Source: a bacterium (lineage in GTDB: Bacteria; Hinthialibacterota; Hinthialibacteria; Hinthialibacterales; Hinthialibacteraceae). Taken from it: a stretch of DNA of 64,000 nt. The notes beneath the pieces were generated by a model. The model had not been told where the DNA came from. It did no database searches and worked only from the letters and a program-made list of their open reading frames with translations. Both the position numbers and the translations under genes were made by a program. Positions 26,549 to 36,846 of this stretch are shown here, piece by piece (within the stretch, counting starts at the first letter, position 1; every line of letters starts with the position of its first letter). The DNA lies in the NCBI GenBank assembly GCA_963662285.2, contig CAXXMV010000008.1, forward strand, positions 1,504,001 to 1,568,000, given 5' to 3'.

Positions 26549-27817
26549 TTATTCATCGCGCGTGCCAATGATATTCGATACCAGAGAATTTAATTTTCTA
26601 CGCAGCACCTGATAACTGAAAAACTTTTTGGCTAAATCAAAATTATGGTTAACCATTGCTTCCCGGTATTCACTATCTTCCAATATCTTGCGAATTTCAT
26701 CAACGGCGCTTTGCGTTACAAAACCCTCCATAACCGGAACTTGAAAACCTTTCGGTTCTATATCCCGAATGAAGATTGAATAACGATTGACGAAGACTGG
26801 TTTCTTGAAATAGAACGCTTCTAGTAATGCATTGCCAAAACCTTCATAAAGACTGGTATAAGTAACCAGATCGGCATGAGGATAAAGGTCCCACAGAGTA
26901 TATATTTTTTCCCCATCGTTGTTTAACTGCCGCTTTTCTCCAATACGGGTTTCTATAAAACAGATATCAACCCCCTCTTTATGCGCAGTATCACGCAGCA
27001 TATTCATATATTCAAAACCTTCATCGCCCGCCTCATGCGAGATTACCAGTTTGTATTTGGGATCATCCAGCATTTTTACCAGCTTAATAGCATGCTCAAT
27101 ACCCTTACGGGGCACTATGCGGGTTGGCTGTAATATCATCACATCATCCGGTTTGAGACCAATCTCAGCACGAATATCTGATGAATATTCATCTACGGTT
27201 GGCGCTGGAATTTCAAAATCAAAAACATTAGGCACCAGGGTGGAAGAAACTCCTTTTCGCCAGGATAATTCCTCCTGAGCGGATTGATTGATTACAGCAT
27301 GTTGTAAATCAATTTCACGCGGCGGAAAAGACATTTCCAGATAATCATTGATTGAGTTAACCAGAAAACGGGTCCTCTCCCAATAAAAATCATGATGATG
27401 GGCGATTGCAGGTATACGGGTTTCACTTAAAAATTCGGTAACCGCAATACCTAAAGGTACATGCATGGGGATGCTGACAACATTTTCAAGCACCAGCAAT
27501 GAAATATCATAGTGATCTATGAATTTATAAAGAGTATATTTGAGATATAAAGCTAAATCCCATATCCGGCGGGTTACGATTGGATCGCGAGTTGTATTAT
27601 TCCATATTTGACTGTTTATCCACTCTACTTCCGGATGCCCGAAATAGGCTTCAGGTACGCAATAACTCTCTCCCGGAGCGCGATCCAAACGTCCGGCATA
27701 CCAAAAATTCAGGTGTTGCTGATCATCATAAAGCACTTGCGCCCATTTGGCGCTCTCCAGAGTTACGCCGTCTGTTCCAGCAAAACGGGTTGAAATGAAT
27801 CCGATTCGTTCCGCCAT
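26549..27817 (-). CDS. GT4 glycosyltransferase, mannosylglucosylglycerate synthase-like
   Basis: TRFAGTDGVTLESAKW, HHHDFYWER, PTRIVPRKGIE and EGFGNALLEA motifs; osmolyte cluster context. Confidence 0.75.
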   Translation of the reverse strand: MAERIGFISTRFAGTDGVTLESAKWAQVLYDDQQHLNFWYAGRLDRAPGESYCVPEAYFGHPEVEWINSQIWNNTTRDPIVTRRIWDLALYLKYTLYKFIDHYDISLLVLENVVSIPMHVPLGIAVTEFLSETRIPAIAHHHDFYWERTRFLVNSINDYLEMSFPPREIDLQHAVINQSAQEELSWRKGVSSTLVPNVFDFEIPAPTVDEYSSDIRAEIGLKPDDVMILQPTRIVPRKGIEHAIKLVKMLDDPKYKLVISHEAGDEGFEYMNMLRDTAHKEGVDICFIETRIGEKRQLNNDGEKIYTLWDLYPHADLVTYTSLYEGFGNALLEAFYFKKPVFVNRYSIFIRDIEPKGFQVPVMEGFVTQSAVDEIRKILEDSEYREAMVNHNFDLAKKFFSYQVLRRKLNSLVSNIIGTRDE

Positions 27818-27915
27818 AATATTTCACACCATAATTATTTTCTGTATATAATTAAAATGTAGCAGATATTCTGTAGGATAGTAGTGTAAATTTATTTTTT
27901 GTATTATTAGGTAAT

Positions 27916-29094
27916 ATGGATACATCTATAAAGTCTATTCTTGATTCACTGCAAAAATACAAAGAATCGCTTTATTCACTAAGCGAATCGGTTCTTGCCA
28001 ATTTGGTAATGGTAGGAGAAATCCCCGCGCCTACCTTTAATGAAGAAAACCGCATTCAATTTTTTTGTAATCGCCTAAGTGAATGCGGTCTTCAGAATTG
28101 CTCTACAGATGAAATGGGCAACGGATTTGGCATTCTACCTGGGAAAAATTTGCTTTCTGATAAGAATATACTTGTCGTGGCTCATGCCGACACCCTGGTA
28201 TCAACTGAAATCGACCACACTATCTCTATCCAACCAGATAAAATAACCGGACCGGGTTTGGGTGACAACAGTCTGGGATTAGCCGTCATCGCCACGCTTC
28301 CCACGATTTTTGAGAGTTTAGATATTCACTTAGAGTCAAACTTAATCCTTATGGGATCCGTAAAAGGTTTAGGCAAGGGCGACCTGGAAGGTCTGCGCTT
28401 TTTCTTAAAGAATAATCCGCGGCCCATCCAGGCTGGAGTCTGCCTGGAAGGCGTTCAACTTGGACGGCTTAGTTATAATTCGCTAGGGATGTTTCGCGGT
28501 GAGATCGCTTGCATTGTTCCTGACGAATATGACTGGACCCAATTCGGCGCTTCCGGCGCCATTATAACCATGACTGACCTGATCGGGAAAATCAACTCCA
28601 TTCCCATACCACGGAGACCTCGAACCACAATTTTGTTAGGTTCAATTCGTGGAGGAACCGCTTATAACACCTTAGCGACCCGGTCGCTGCTCCGTTTTGA
28701 AGTTCGCAGCGAATCAGATGAAATCGTCAACGATTTAGAGAACCAGATCCATGATATCGTCACTGAAATGATGTATCAGTCTCATGCAGATATATCAATG
28801 AATATCTTCGCCAGACGAAAATCCGGAGGAATACTCTTTCGTCATCCTCTGGTGGAAACTATGCGGGAAATCATGAAAACGCTGGACATTAAGCCGCGCA
28901 TCACTCCCAGCATCTCCGAACTATCCGCTTTTATTGATCATAACATCCCCGCCATTACCCTTGGAATAACACGGGGCGAACGCTCTGACGAAATTTGTGA
29001 AACAATACAAATCGAACCGATGTTCACCGGCTTAGCTCAGTTAATCGGAGCGCTTTTGGCCATTGATTGCGGAGTTTGCGATGAACAACAATAA
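27916..29094 (+). CDS. M20-family peptidase-like protein with degenerate active site
   Basis: IPAPTFNE, AHADT, GPGLGDN and dimerisation domain present; the EE motif and C-terminal His are not recognisable. Confidence 0.8.
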   Translation: MDTSIKSILDSLQKYKESLYSLSESVLANLVMVGEIPAPTFNEENRIQFFCNRLSECGLQNCSTDEMGNGFGILPGKNLLSDKNILVVAHADTLVSTEIDHTISIQPDKITGPGLGDNSLGLAVIATLPTIFESLDIHLESNLILMGSVKGLGKGDLEGLRFFLKNNPRPIQAGVCLEGVQLGRLSYNSLGMFRGEIACIVPDEYDWTQFGASGAIITMTDLIGKINSIPIPRRPRTTILLGSIRGGTAYNTLATRSLLRFEVRSESDEIVNDLENQIHDIVTEMMYQSHADISMNIFARRKSGGILFRHPLVETMREIMKTLDIKPRITPSISELSAFIDHNIPAITLGITRGERSDEICETIQIEPMFTGLAQLIGALLAIDCGVCDEQQ

Positions 29095-30058
29095 TTGGCT
29101 CAAAAACAATACTTTTCATCACTCCCAATTCTGGGATATCCTTCAGATGATTGAGGAGAAAGAACGCCAGAACCTTACCATCTCGCTGTGCATACCCACC
29201 CTGAATGAAGAAAAAACCATTGGCAAAGAGATCGTAATTTTCCATTCCGAATTGATGTCCCGTTATCCTTTGCTGGATGAAATCGCCGTGATTGATTCAG
29301 GTTCGGTTGATAAAACTATAGACGTCGCTTCCAATTTCGGCGCCGACGTCTATCTATCTTCAGAGATTCTTCCCGAACTGGGCGAAAAACGGGGTAAAGG
29401 CGAAAATCTCTGGAAAGCCATCTATCAACTCAAGGGCGATATCATCGTCTACGTCGACGCCGATATTAAAAACATCCATCCCCGTTTTGTTTATGGTTTG
29501 GTAGCGCCTTTGATCTATAATCCACAGATTAAATACGTTAAAGCTTTTTATGACAGACCTTTAGCAGAATCCAATAAAATACGGCCTTCTGGAGGCGGTC
29601 GCGTCACCGAGATATTAATCCGCCCCCTCTTCTCTCTATTTTTCCCGGAATTGACCGATATCATTCAACCGCTTTCCGGCGAATACGCCGTCAGACGCGA
29701 GGTCTTGGAAAATATTCCCTTCCCTATTGGATATGGAGTTGAAACTTCTCACCTGATTGATGTATACAAGCGTTGGGGAATGAAGGCCTTTGGCCAAACT
29801 GATCTTGATCAACGCGTCCACCGCAATCAGGAAACCCGCGATCTGGGCAAAATGTCATTCGGCATCCTGCAAACATTTCTATCCCGCTTAAAGGCTTTGG
29901 GGGTGGTTAAAGATATTCCTGAACTAAACAAAATCCTCCACCAATCATCTGTTAAGGATAATATTTATCAACGGGATGATTTCTCCATCCAGGAAGAAGA
30001 ACGCCCCCCCATGATTGATGTGCCAGCCTACCGGGAAAAATACGGTCTGAATAAATGA
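29081..30058 (+). CDS. gpgS: Glucosyl-3-phosphoglycerate synthase
   Basis: IPTLNEE, GKGENLW, YVDAD, GGGRVTE, QPLSGEYA, YGVE and HRNQ motifs. Confidence 0.9.
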   Translation: MNNNNWLKNNTFHHSQFWDILQMIEEKERQNLTISLCIPTLNEEKTIGKEIVIFHSELMSRYPLLDEIAVIDSGSVDKTIDVASNFGADVYLSSEILPELGEKRGKGENLWKAIYQLKGDIIVYVDADIKNIHPRFVYGLVAPLIYNPQIKYVKAFYDRPLAESNKIRPSGGGRVTEILIRPLFSLFFPELTDIIQPLSGEYAVRREVLENIPFPIGYGVETSHLIDVYKRWGMKAFGQTDLDQRVHRNQETRDLGKMSFGILQTFLSRLKALGVVKDIPELNKILHQSSVKDNIYQRDDFSIQEEERPPMIDVPAYREKYGLNK

Positions 30059-31560
30059 CAGTTCCCAATCATATCGCTATTCTCCATTATCACCTCCAAA
30101 AAGGCGGCGTAACCAGCGTTATCCAAAACGCTCTCAAAGCGGTTGGCCATAAAGCCAGTTTTGATCTTTGCAGTGGAACTAACCACCTATCAACCCAAAA
30201 AAACGTTCTTTTAGACGAAGGTTTTTGCAAGCGTATAATCGAGTTGCCATCTCTGGGATATGCTCTTGAATCATCAACTCCAGACGCCGCGCCCGATAAC
30301 GCTTCATCTCTTGTCGATAAATTACTTTCATCGCTATCGTCAGGCGGTAATAACCAGCCTGATATATTCCATATTCATAATCACTCTCTTGGAAAAAATC
30401 CCGGCTTCAGCGAAATGGTCTATCATCTCGCTAATAGAAATGACCGGCTCTTACTGCAAATCCATGATTTTGCTGAAGATGGACGTCCGGGAAATTATGC
30501 TTTTCTACGCAAACATATCGGCGGCGGTAAGCCTGATCTAATAACCAAGATGCTCTACCCCCAGGCGTCTCATGTGCATTACGCGGTTCTTAACGGGCGG
30601 GATCATGATTTCCTGTTCAAATCGGGCATACATCCTCAACGACTGCATTATCTGCCTAATCCAGTTGCAGCGCCAACCGAAGGCGAGTCGCAAAAAATTG
30701 ATAAGCTAAACTACGACCGATTATTGGTTTATCCCACCCGCGCCATCCGACGCAAAAACATTGGTGAATTATTGTTATGGGCGGCTATGTCCCAACCGGG
30801 CGACCTCTTCGCTATAACGCTGGCGCCTCAGAATCCCAAGGCGCTGCCCATTTACCAGAGGTGGATATCATTCGCAAAGCGATTAAATTTACCAGTCGAA
30901 TTTGATATCTGCGCCCGACTCGACATCCCATTCACCAGCTTGATGTACTCCGCTGACGCGCTTATAACAACCAGCATCGCCGAAGGATTCGGTCTCGCCT
31001 TTCTGGAACCCTGGCTCTACAACCGCCCGCTCATAGGCCGCAACCTGCCCAGCATAACCCAGGATTTCTCACTGCAAGGCATTGATCTATCACACCTGTA
31101 TAATGCATTGCGTGTCCCCATCGAGTGGATTGGAGAGAAAACGCTGCGCCAGAAAATCTCTGTAGCGGCTGAACTATATTTCAGCCAATACAACCGCCCT
31201 CTACCTCATGATTTCGTCGAACGAGTTATGCAATCAATGATCACCGGGCGACGGGTGGAATTCGGCAGATTGGACGAAGAGTTGCAGGAAATTGTCATCC
31301 AAACAGTTCACGAATCACCAACCGCCCGGACTGAAGTAGACCCACCCCAATTGAATACCGGCTTCAGCGAATCAATCATCAAAAAAAATTCTAATATTAT
31401 CCAAGAAAAATTCAGCTTGGAGAAATATGGCAACCGCTTGTGGGACATATACCTAACCATTGCCAATTCAGAGCCTTGTCCGTTAGAATCGTTCAATATA
31501 GACCGATTACTGGATTGCTTCATGCAACCATCCCGATTCAATTTATTGCGCACTTCATAG
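30055..31560 (+). CDS. GT4-type glycosyltransferase (candidate mannosylglucosyl-3-phosphoglycerate synthase)
   Basis: HYHLQKGGVTSVI, HDFAEDGRP, YPTRAIRRKNIGE and EGFGLAFLEPW motifs; overlaps gpgS stop (ATGA). Confidence 0.75.
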   Translation: MTVPNHIAILHYHLQKGGVTSVIQNALKAVGHKASFDLCSGTNHLSTQKNVLLDEGFCKRIIELPSLGYALESSTPDAAPDNASSLVDKLLSSLSSGGNNQPDIFHIHNHSLGKNPGFSEMVYHLANRNDRLLLQIHDFAEDGRPGNYAFLRKHIGGGKPDLITKMLYPQASHVHYAVLNGRDHDFLFKSGIHPQRLHYLPNPVAAPTEGESQKIDKLNYDRLLVYPTRAIRRKNIGELLLWAAMSQPGDLFAITLAPQNPKALPIYQRWISFAKRLNLPVEFDICARLDIPFTSLMYSADALITTSIAEGFGLAFLEPWLYNRPLIGRNLPSITQDFSLQGIDLSHLYNALRVPIEWIGEKTLRQKISVAAELYFSQYNRPLPHDFVERVMQSMITGRRVEFGRLDEELQEIVIQTVHESPTARTEVDPPQLNTGFSESIIKKNSNIIQEKFSLEKYGNRLWDIYLTIANSEPCPLESFNIDRLLDCFMQPSRFNLLRTS

Positions 31561-31569
31561 GACGAAGCC

Positions 31570-32484
31570 ATGGATGCCATATCTTCTAAACTAACAAAAA
31601 TCATCACAGAACTGTCATCGCCGCTCGCTCCAATCCCCACTGGTATGCAAGAAAACCTGGAACCTTTAAGCGGCGTCCGCGCCGTGCTCTTCGATGTATA
31701 TGGCGTATTATTCATTTCGGGCGCAGGTGATATCGGCTTCAATGAGCCAATCGACAGCGACAGCGCCTTCCAAAGCGCCCTGGTCTCTGCTGGATTCCAT
31801 TGGCTACGTGAATACAGTGAAAAGCATGGCCCGGTATTACTTAAAAGCGCTATCAAACAAACTCACGCCTTAAAAAAAGAGAAGAATATCGAATATCCCG
31901 AAGTTGATATCCTGGAAGAATGGGAAAAGGTAGTCGTCAACCTAATCAATCAGAACATAATCCAGGGAGAAATCACGGAAACCTCGATAAAACAATTGGC
32001 TCTAGAATATGAGTTGCGCGTCAATCCGGTATGGCCCATGCCCCACCTCAAATTCATATTAAATGAGTTGCAGCAATCGCCTATGATGATGGGGATCATC
32101 TCAAACGCCCAATTCTACACGCCATCCTTATTTAAAATCTTTGCAGGAGGACAACCCGAAACTATAGGTTTTCAAGAGCCGCTCTGCATCTGGTCGTACC
32201 TCTGCGGCGAGGGCAAACCATCGCTTCGCCTGTTCCAAATGGTTAGCGACCGCCTGCAAAAACAATGCAATATATCCCCCCAGGAAACCGTATTTATCGG
32301 CAATGATATGCTCAATGATATCTGGACGGCGTCACAAGTAGGCTTCCGCACCATACTATTCGCCGGAGACCAACGCTCCCTGCGCTTAAGAGAAGACGAC
32401 CCGCGTTGCGCCTCGCTCAAACCAGACAGGATAATCTGCGATCTGGCCGATATATGTAGAATTTTGCCAGATATCACCCCTTAA
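31570..32484 (+). CDS. HAD-family phosphatase (candidate osmolyte-phosphate phosphatase)
   Basis: FDVYG, ISNAQ, KPS and GNDMLND HAD motifs; operonic with gpgS. Confidence 0.8.
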   Translation: MDAISSKLTKIITELSSPLAPIPTGMQENLEPLSGVRAVLFDVYGVLFISGAGDIGFNEPIDSDSAFQSALVSAGFHWLREYSEKHGPVLLKSAIKQTHALKKEKNIEYPEVDILEEWEKVVVNLINQNIIQGEITETSIKQLALEYELRVNPVWPMPHLKFILNELQQSPMMMGIISNAQFYTPSLFKIFAGGQPETIGFQEPLCIWSYLCGEGKPSLRLFQMVSDRLQKQCNISPQETVFIGNDMLNDIWTASQVGFRTILFAGDQRSLRLREDDPRCASLKPDRIICDLADICRILPDITP

Positions 32485-33022
32485 CATATCGATAGATATG
32501 CGTCCCATCTTTGGCTTCCGGCTGAATAGTAGGCAATGGAAAGGTATTGGCGATCACTCGGCATCCAGGTTTCAGTTGGGGCCACAGTTCGCGTTCAAAC
32601 CGGGGAAGATAGCGTTTTTCCAAGTACATAAAGACTACATCCGCGTCTCGCAGGTCTGCTTTCCAATAACTCTGATAATAGATTACGCCACCGCCCATTA
32701 ACCGGGCGATCACATAAAGGTATACCGATAACTCATAACCGATTGCCTTGGCGCCAGCCTGAGCCGCCGCTCTGATAAAACGCCCGTCGCCGCAGCCCAG
32801 GTCAACCACCGTCTCACCCGGCTGCAATCGAGCCAGCGCCACCATACGCTTTAAGGTTTCCCGGTCCGTAGGCAGATAGGGCGATCCAGTAAACATAGCG
32901 TAAACCGAGGGAACTGTGCATATTATCAGAGGTACCAGCAACCATGCTGAATGGAAGCCAAACTGGTTAGCCAGAGTGCCCGCCGCCAAAACCACTATAA
33001 TCAATACAATATACTCAACCAC
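32474..33022 (-). CDS. Membrane-anchored class I SAM-dependent methyltransferase
   Basis: N-terminal TM helices; PYLPT and DLGCGDGR motifs. Confidence 0.85.
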   Translation of the reverse strand: MVEYIVLIIVVLAAGTLANQFGFHSAWLLVPLIICTVPSVYAMFTGSPYLPTDRETLKRMVALARLQPGETVVDLGCGDGRFIRAAAQAGAKAIGYELSVYLYVIARLMGGGVIYYQSYWKADLRDADVVFMYLEKRYLPRFERELWPQLKPGCRVIANTFPLPTIQPEAKDGTHIYRYVKG

Positions 33023-33122
33023 AATTTCTTCACTTTCAGCGTCGTTTTACCTATCAATTACTCTTTTAAATAGTGTAAAATGGAAAAAATGTAAATTGCA
33101 CCATCCATAGAGGAGAATAAAA

Positions 33123-34403
33123 ATGAAATCCAATAATTCAAATCGCCGCGAATTCATAAAGCATAGCATCAAAACCGGCGCTGTGATCAGCTCTTTGAGC
33201 GGCGCCATGAGCGTCAGTTCTTATTCACGCATTATCGGCGCCAACGATACGGTTCGCATCGGTATGATCGGAACCGGGGGACGCAACCGCTGGCATGTGG
33301 GATGGCTGCACCGCGTTTCATCTGTAGAGAAACTATCGGTAGTGGCGGGTTGCGACATCTGGTCGGAAAACCGCGAACATGGCGCCAATGAGATCAAAAA
33401 CCGCTTTGATAATGAACCCAAGATGTTCAAGAATTACCATGAACTATTGGCTCAGCCGGATATCGACGCGGTGGTCATCGCCACCCCGGATCACCAGCAC
33501 TGCACCATGCTGATGGATGCGGTTAAAGCGGGCAAAGACGCCTATGTTGAAAAACCGATTGGCATGAAACTTGACGAATTGAACGCCGCCGCTGACGTGG
33601 TTAAGAGTTCTGACCGTATCGTACAGAACGGTTCCCAGGGACGCAGCAGCGCTGGCGCCGCAGCAGCCAAGGAATTCATGCAATCAGGCAAACTGGGCAA
33701 ACTACTGCGCGTCGAAGAGAGCCGCAGCCATTACATTCCATACTGGAACCACTATCCCAAACCTAAAAAAGAGTCGGACACCGATTGGCAAGCATTCTTG
33801 TTCAATAGACCATATCGTCCATTTAATGCAGATCAACACGCCAGTTGGATGGGATACCGCGACTTCTCGTCCGGCACGGTCGGCGGCTGGATGAGCCATC
33901 TCAGCGATTTCATCCATTACCTGACCGACTGCGGTTTCCCGGTGACCGCAACATCCCAGGGCGGTATCTATGCCACTACATCCGAGCCGCAACGCACCTG
34001 CACCGATACGGTTACCGCCATCCTGCATTACGCTGAAGGCTTCACTACCCTGTTCACCACCCATTTCGGCAATGCTTTTAATGATTACACCATCTTTTTC
34101 TGCGAAAAAGGAACCATGGTCGTCAATGACCCGGATGGCAACACCAACGGCATCGGGGCGCGCATCCTGGGCGATGGCAGCGATCATGCTGAGAAAATCA
34201 AGAACGCTATTGAACTGGATAATACCACCGAAGAGGATCACATGACCAACTGGATACGCTGCATCAAGTCGCGCAAACAACCCAACGCCCACATGGGTTA
34301 TGGCTATATGCAGGGCGTAGCCTGCATCCTGGCCGACCGCGCTTATGAAGAGGGATGCAATATGAAATTCGATGCCGCAAACAGAGAAATAATACCAGCA
34401 TAA
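33123..34403 (+). CDS. Tat-exported Gfo/Idh/MocA oxidoreductase
   Basis: NRREFIK Tat motif; GMIGTGGR, ATPDHQH and YVEKP. Confidence 0.92.
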   Translation: MKSNNSNRREFIKHSIKTGAVISSLSGAMSVSSYSRIIGANDTVRIGMIGTGGRNRWHVGWLHRVSSVEKLSVVAGCDIWSENREHGANEIKNRFDNEPKMFKNYHELLAQPDIDAVVIATPDHQHCTMLMDAVKAGKDAYVEKPIGMKLDELNAAADVVKSSDRIVQNGSQGRSSAGAAAAKEFMQSGKLGKLLRVEESRSHYIPYWNHYPKPKKESDTDWQAFLFNRPYRPFNADQHASWMGYRDFSSGTVGGWMSHLSDFIHYLTDCGFPVTATSQGGIYATTSEPQRTCTDTVTAILHYAEGFTTLFTTHFGNAFNDYTIFFCEKGTMVVNDPDGNTNGIGARILGDGSDHAEKIKNAIELDNTTEEDHMTNWIRCIKSRKQPNAHMGYGYMQGVACILADRAYEEGCNMKFDAANREIIPA

Positions 34404-34421
34404 CCAAATGAGGTATAGATA

Positions 34422-35630
34422 ATGAGTCAAAGGCAAAAGCGGCGCGGTTTCCTTAAAAACGCGTCCGCCGCAATGGGGTTGCTAATTGTCAAGCCGCAGT
34501 CAGTACGCGGCAGTTCGGCTAATTCGAGAATCGAACTGGGTATTATCGGCTGCGGGGGCCGTGGATTTTTTATCAGTAAAAAATTCATAGAGAATGTGGG
34601 GCCGGATATCAAACTGGTATCAGCCCATGATTATTTCTCCAACCGTTTGGAGAGATTTCAAAACATATTTGATATTCCAGCCAATCATTCTTTCACGGGA
34701 TTAAACGGCTACAAAGAGATACTGAGTTCCAAGGTGGACGGCGTTATAATCACCAGCCCACCCTATTTTCACCCACAGCATACAGCTGACGCAGTAGAGG
34801 CGGGCAAGCATATCTGGTTGTGCAAACCTGTGGCCATCGACGTCCCCGGCAGTATGAGCATCAAAGAAAGCGGGCGTAAAGCCAAAGGCAAATCGACATT
34901 GCTAGTCGATTTTCAAACCCGCAACAGCCCTTTCTTTATCGAAGCGGTGAAGCGGGTGCAAGAAAGCGCCATTGGAAAACAGGTCTGCGGCCAGGCCTTC
35001 AACCATTTCCCCTGCGGCGGTTTAGCTCCCACTGACGGCATGTCGCCCTATGCGGCGCGTTTGCGCAATTGGGGAACAGATCCGGTTATATCCGGCGACG
35101 TAATCGTCGAGCAGGCGGTTCATGCTATGGACGTGGCCAACTGGTTCGTTGGCTCTCACCCAACCAAAGCTTTTGGAACCGGCGGCCTTAAAGCCAGACT
35201 GAACGCCGGGAAGAACTGGGATCATTTCCTGGTCACCTATTTCTACGGCGATGGCCCCAAGATCGAACTCAATTGCGCCCAATTCACTAAAGGCTACGAA
35301 GACCTGGGCGCCCGGATATACGGTCAAATTGGCGTGGTAGACGCCCACTACCGCTCATCCGTCTGGGGAACCGGACCAATTGAGATCACCGGCGAGAACG
35401 CCTGGGAAGGGACGCAGCTCGACAACACCTGGGATATCGGGGTCAACAACAACTGCCGCGATTTCGTCGACAGCATCCGTAGCGGCGATTATATCAATCA
35501 CGCCGATTATGCAGCGGACAGCACATTAACTGCTATCCTGGGTCGTGAAGCATCCTATCGCGAAGAGGTACTGACCTGGGACGACATGATAAAAGAGAAC
35601 AAAAAACTGGAGATCGAAGCAGAATCCTAA
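34422..35630 (+). CDS. Tat-exported Gfo/Idh/MocA oxidoreductase
   Basis: KRRGFLK; GIIGCGGRG, SPPYFHP and CKPVAID. Confidence 0.92.
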   Translation: MSQRQKRRGFLKNASAAMGLLIVKPQSVRGSSANSRIELGIIGCGGRGFFISKKFIENVGPDIKLVSAHDYFSNRLERFQNIFDIPANHSFTGLNGYKEILSSKVDGVIITSPPYFHPQHTADAVEAGKHIWLCKPVAIDVPGSMSIKESGRKAKGKSTLLVDFQTRNSPFFIEAVKRVQESAIGKQVCGQAFNHFPCGGLAPTDGMSPYAARLRNWGTDPVISGDVIVEQAVHAMDVANWFVGSHPTKAFGTGGLKARLNAGKNWDHFLVTYFYGDGPKIELNCAQFTKGYEDLGARIYGQIGVVDAHYRSSVWGTGPIEITGENAWEGTQLDNTWDIGVNNNCRDFVDSIRSGDYINHADYAADSTLTAILGREASYREEVLTWDDMIKENKKLEIEAES

Positions 35631-35682
35631 AAACGGTAGTTCGATTATTGTTATAACGTTAATTGGAAAATCAAAGGTTTTC

Positions 35683-35834
35683 GATAACAACCCCCTCTTG
35701 AATTCTCCCCCAAACTTGGGGGAGAGGGGTGTTGGAGATATAAGCAGTTATATTGTAGTTCCTATGTTATACAAAACACTATGGTTTAGCATCCCTCTCC
35801 CAAGATTGGGAGAGGTTAGGTGAGGGTTGATATC
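35683..35834. repeat. Inverted pair of CCCTCTCCC/GGGAGAGG palindromic elements (family C)
   Basis: CTCCCCCAAACTTGGGGGAG and CCCTCTCCCAAGATTGGGAGAGGTTAGGTGAGGG in inverted orientation; same core as the MITE interior. Confidence 0.75.
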
Positions 35835-35921
35835 AACAATCTTGGTAGAAGGTTGCAAATGACGTAGAACAGATATCAATAAATCATCCGGCGTTTATAT
35901 AATCCTAAAGGAGAGTTCAAT

Positions 35922-36761
35922 ATGCCAGGCATCGGTTATCACACAGACGCTTTCAACAGCAGTAACTGGAGTTTTGAGCAATGTCTATCTTGGGCGAAGG
36001 ATCACGATCTGAAGTTCATCGAATGCGGCGTGATAGATGGATCGGCCTATCTCCAGGCGCTGGGATTCTTTCCCCATTTATCATTGCTGGAAGACCCTAT
36101 CCTATGGCGTAAGAAGATGGATGAATATGGCGTACGTTTCAGCCAACTGGACGCCGCTTTTCCATTGAATGTGATGGATGGCCTGACTATTGGCGTACAG
36201 TATATATTAAACGCTATACGCTGGGCTAAATTGACGGGATGCCCCTGCATTGATACCACGGACGCAGCATGCAAACCAGAAGGCCAAAGCGACCTGGATG
36301 GTATGCATATTCTTAAAGCCGCTTATAGAGAAATCCTCAAAGTGGCGGAAGCATACGATATTAAAATCAACATTGAACCGCATGGTTATTTCACCACCAA
36401 ACCAAAGTTCATCGACGAACTGATGGAGGAATTTAAAAGCCCCTGCTTCGGTCTAAACATGGACACTGGCAATACATTTATCTCTGGACAGGACCCAGTG
36501 GCCTATCTGGATCAATTCAAAGACCGGGTCAATCACGTTCACGTTAAGGACGTCAGCCAGGAACTGGCCGAAGCGCTTAAAGGCAACGCCACTGGAATCG
36601 CCATGAGTCAAAGCCCGGTCGGCGGCGGCGTCAACGCCGACAACATCAGCCAATGCATCAAAATCCTGGTTGATAATGGATACGACGGCGTATTCAGCCT
36701 GGAATGCGAAGGCGTAGTACTTGAACAATCAGTATCCTGGATCAAAGGTCAGTTATCTTAA
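35922..36761 (+). CDS. Sugar phosphate isomerase/epimerase (xylose isomerase-like TIM barrel)
   Basis: INIEPHG, MDTGN, HVHVKD and SLECE motifs. Confidence 0.9.
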   Translation: MPGIGYHTDAFNSSNWSFEQCLSWAKDHDLKFIECGVIDGSAYLQALGFFPHLSLLEDPILWRKKMDEYGVRFSQLDAAFPLNVMDGLTIGVQYILNAIRWAKLTGCPCIDTTDAACKPEGQSDLDGMHILKAAYREILKVAEAYDIKINIEPHGYFTTKPKFIDELMEEFKSPCFGLNMDTGNTFISGQDPVAYLDQFKDRVNHVHVKDVSQELAEALKGNATGIAMSQSPVGGGVNADNISQCIKILVDNGYDGVFSLECEGVVLEQSVSWIKGQLS

Positions 36762-36771
36762 ACTTAATTTC

Positions 36772-36801
36772 GTAGGGTGTGTCGCGCTTTTTGACCCACC
36801 G
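36772..36801 (+). repeat. GTAG-type REP (family A variant)
   Basis: GTAGGGTGTGTCGCGCTTTTTGACCCACC, similar to 11263. Confidence 0.7.
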
Positions 36802-36846
36802 GAACAAGCTGAACTGTTACCATAGAATAAACTTAGGAGAATTATT

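Noticed and set aside
33702-34436. 244-aa antisense ORF and similar shadow ORFs across the window
   Set aside because: They fully overlap well-supported genes on the opposite strand and have no motifs.
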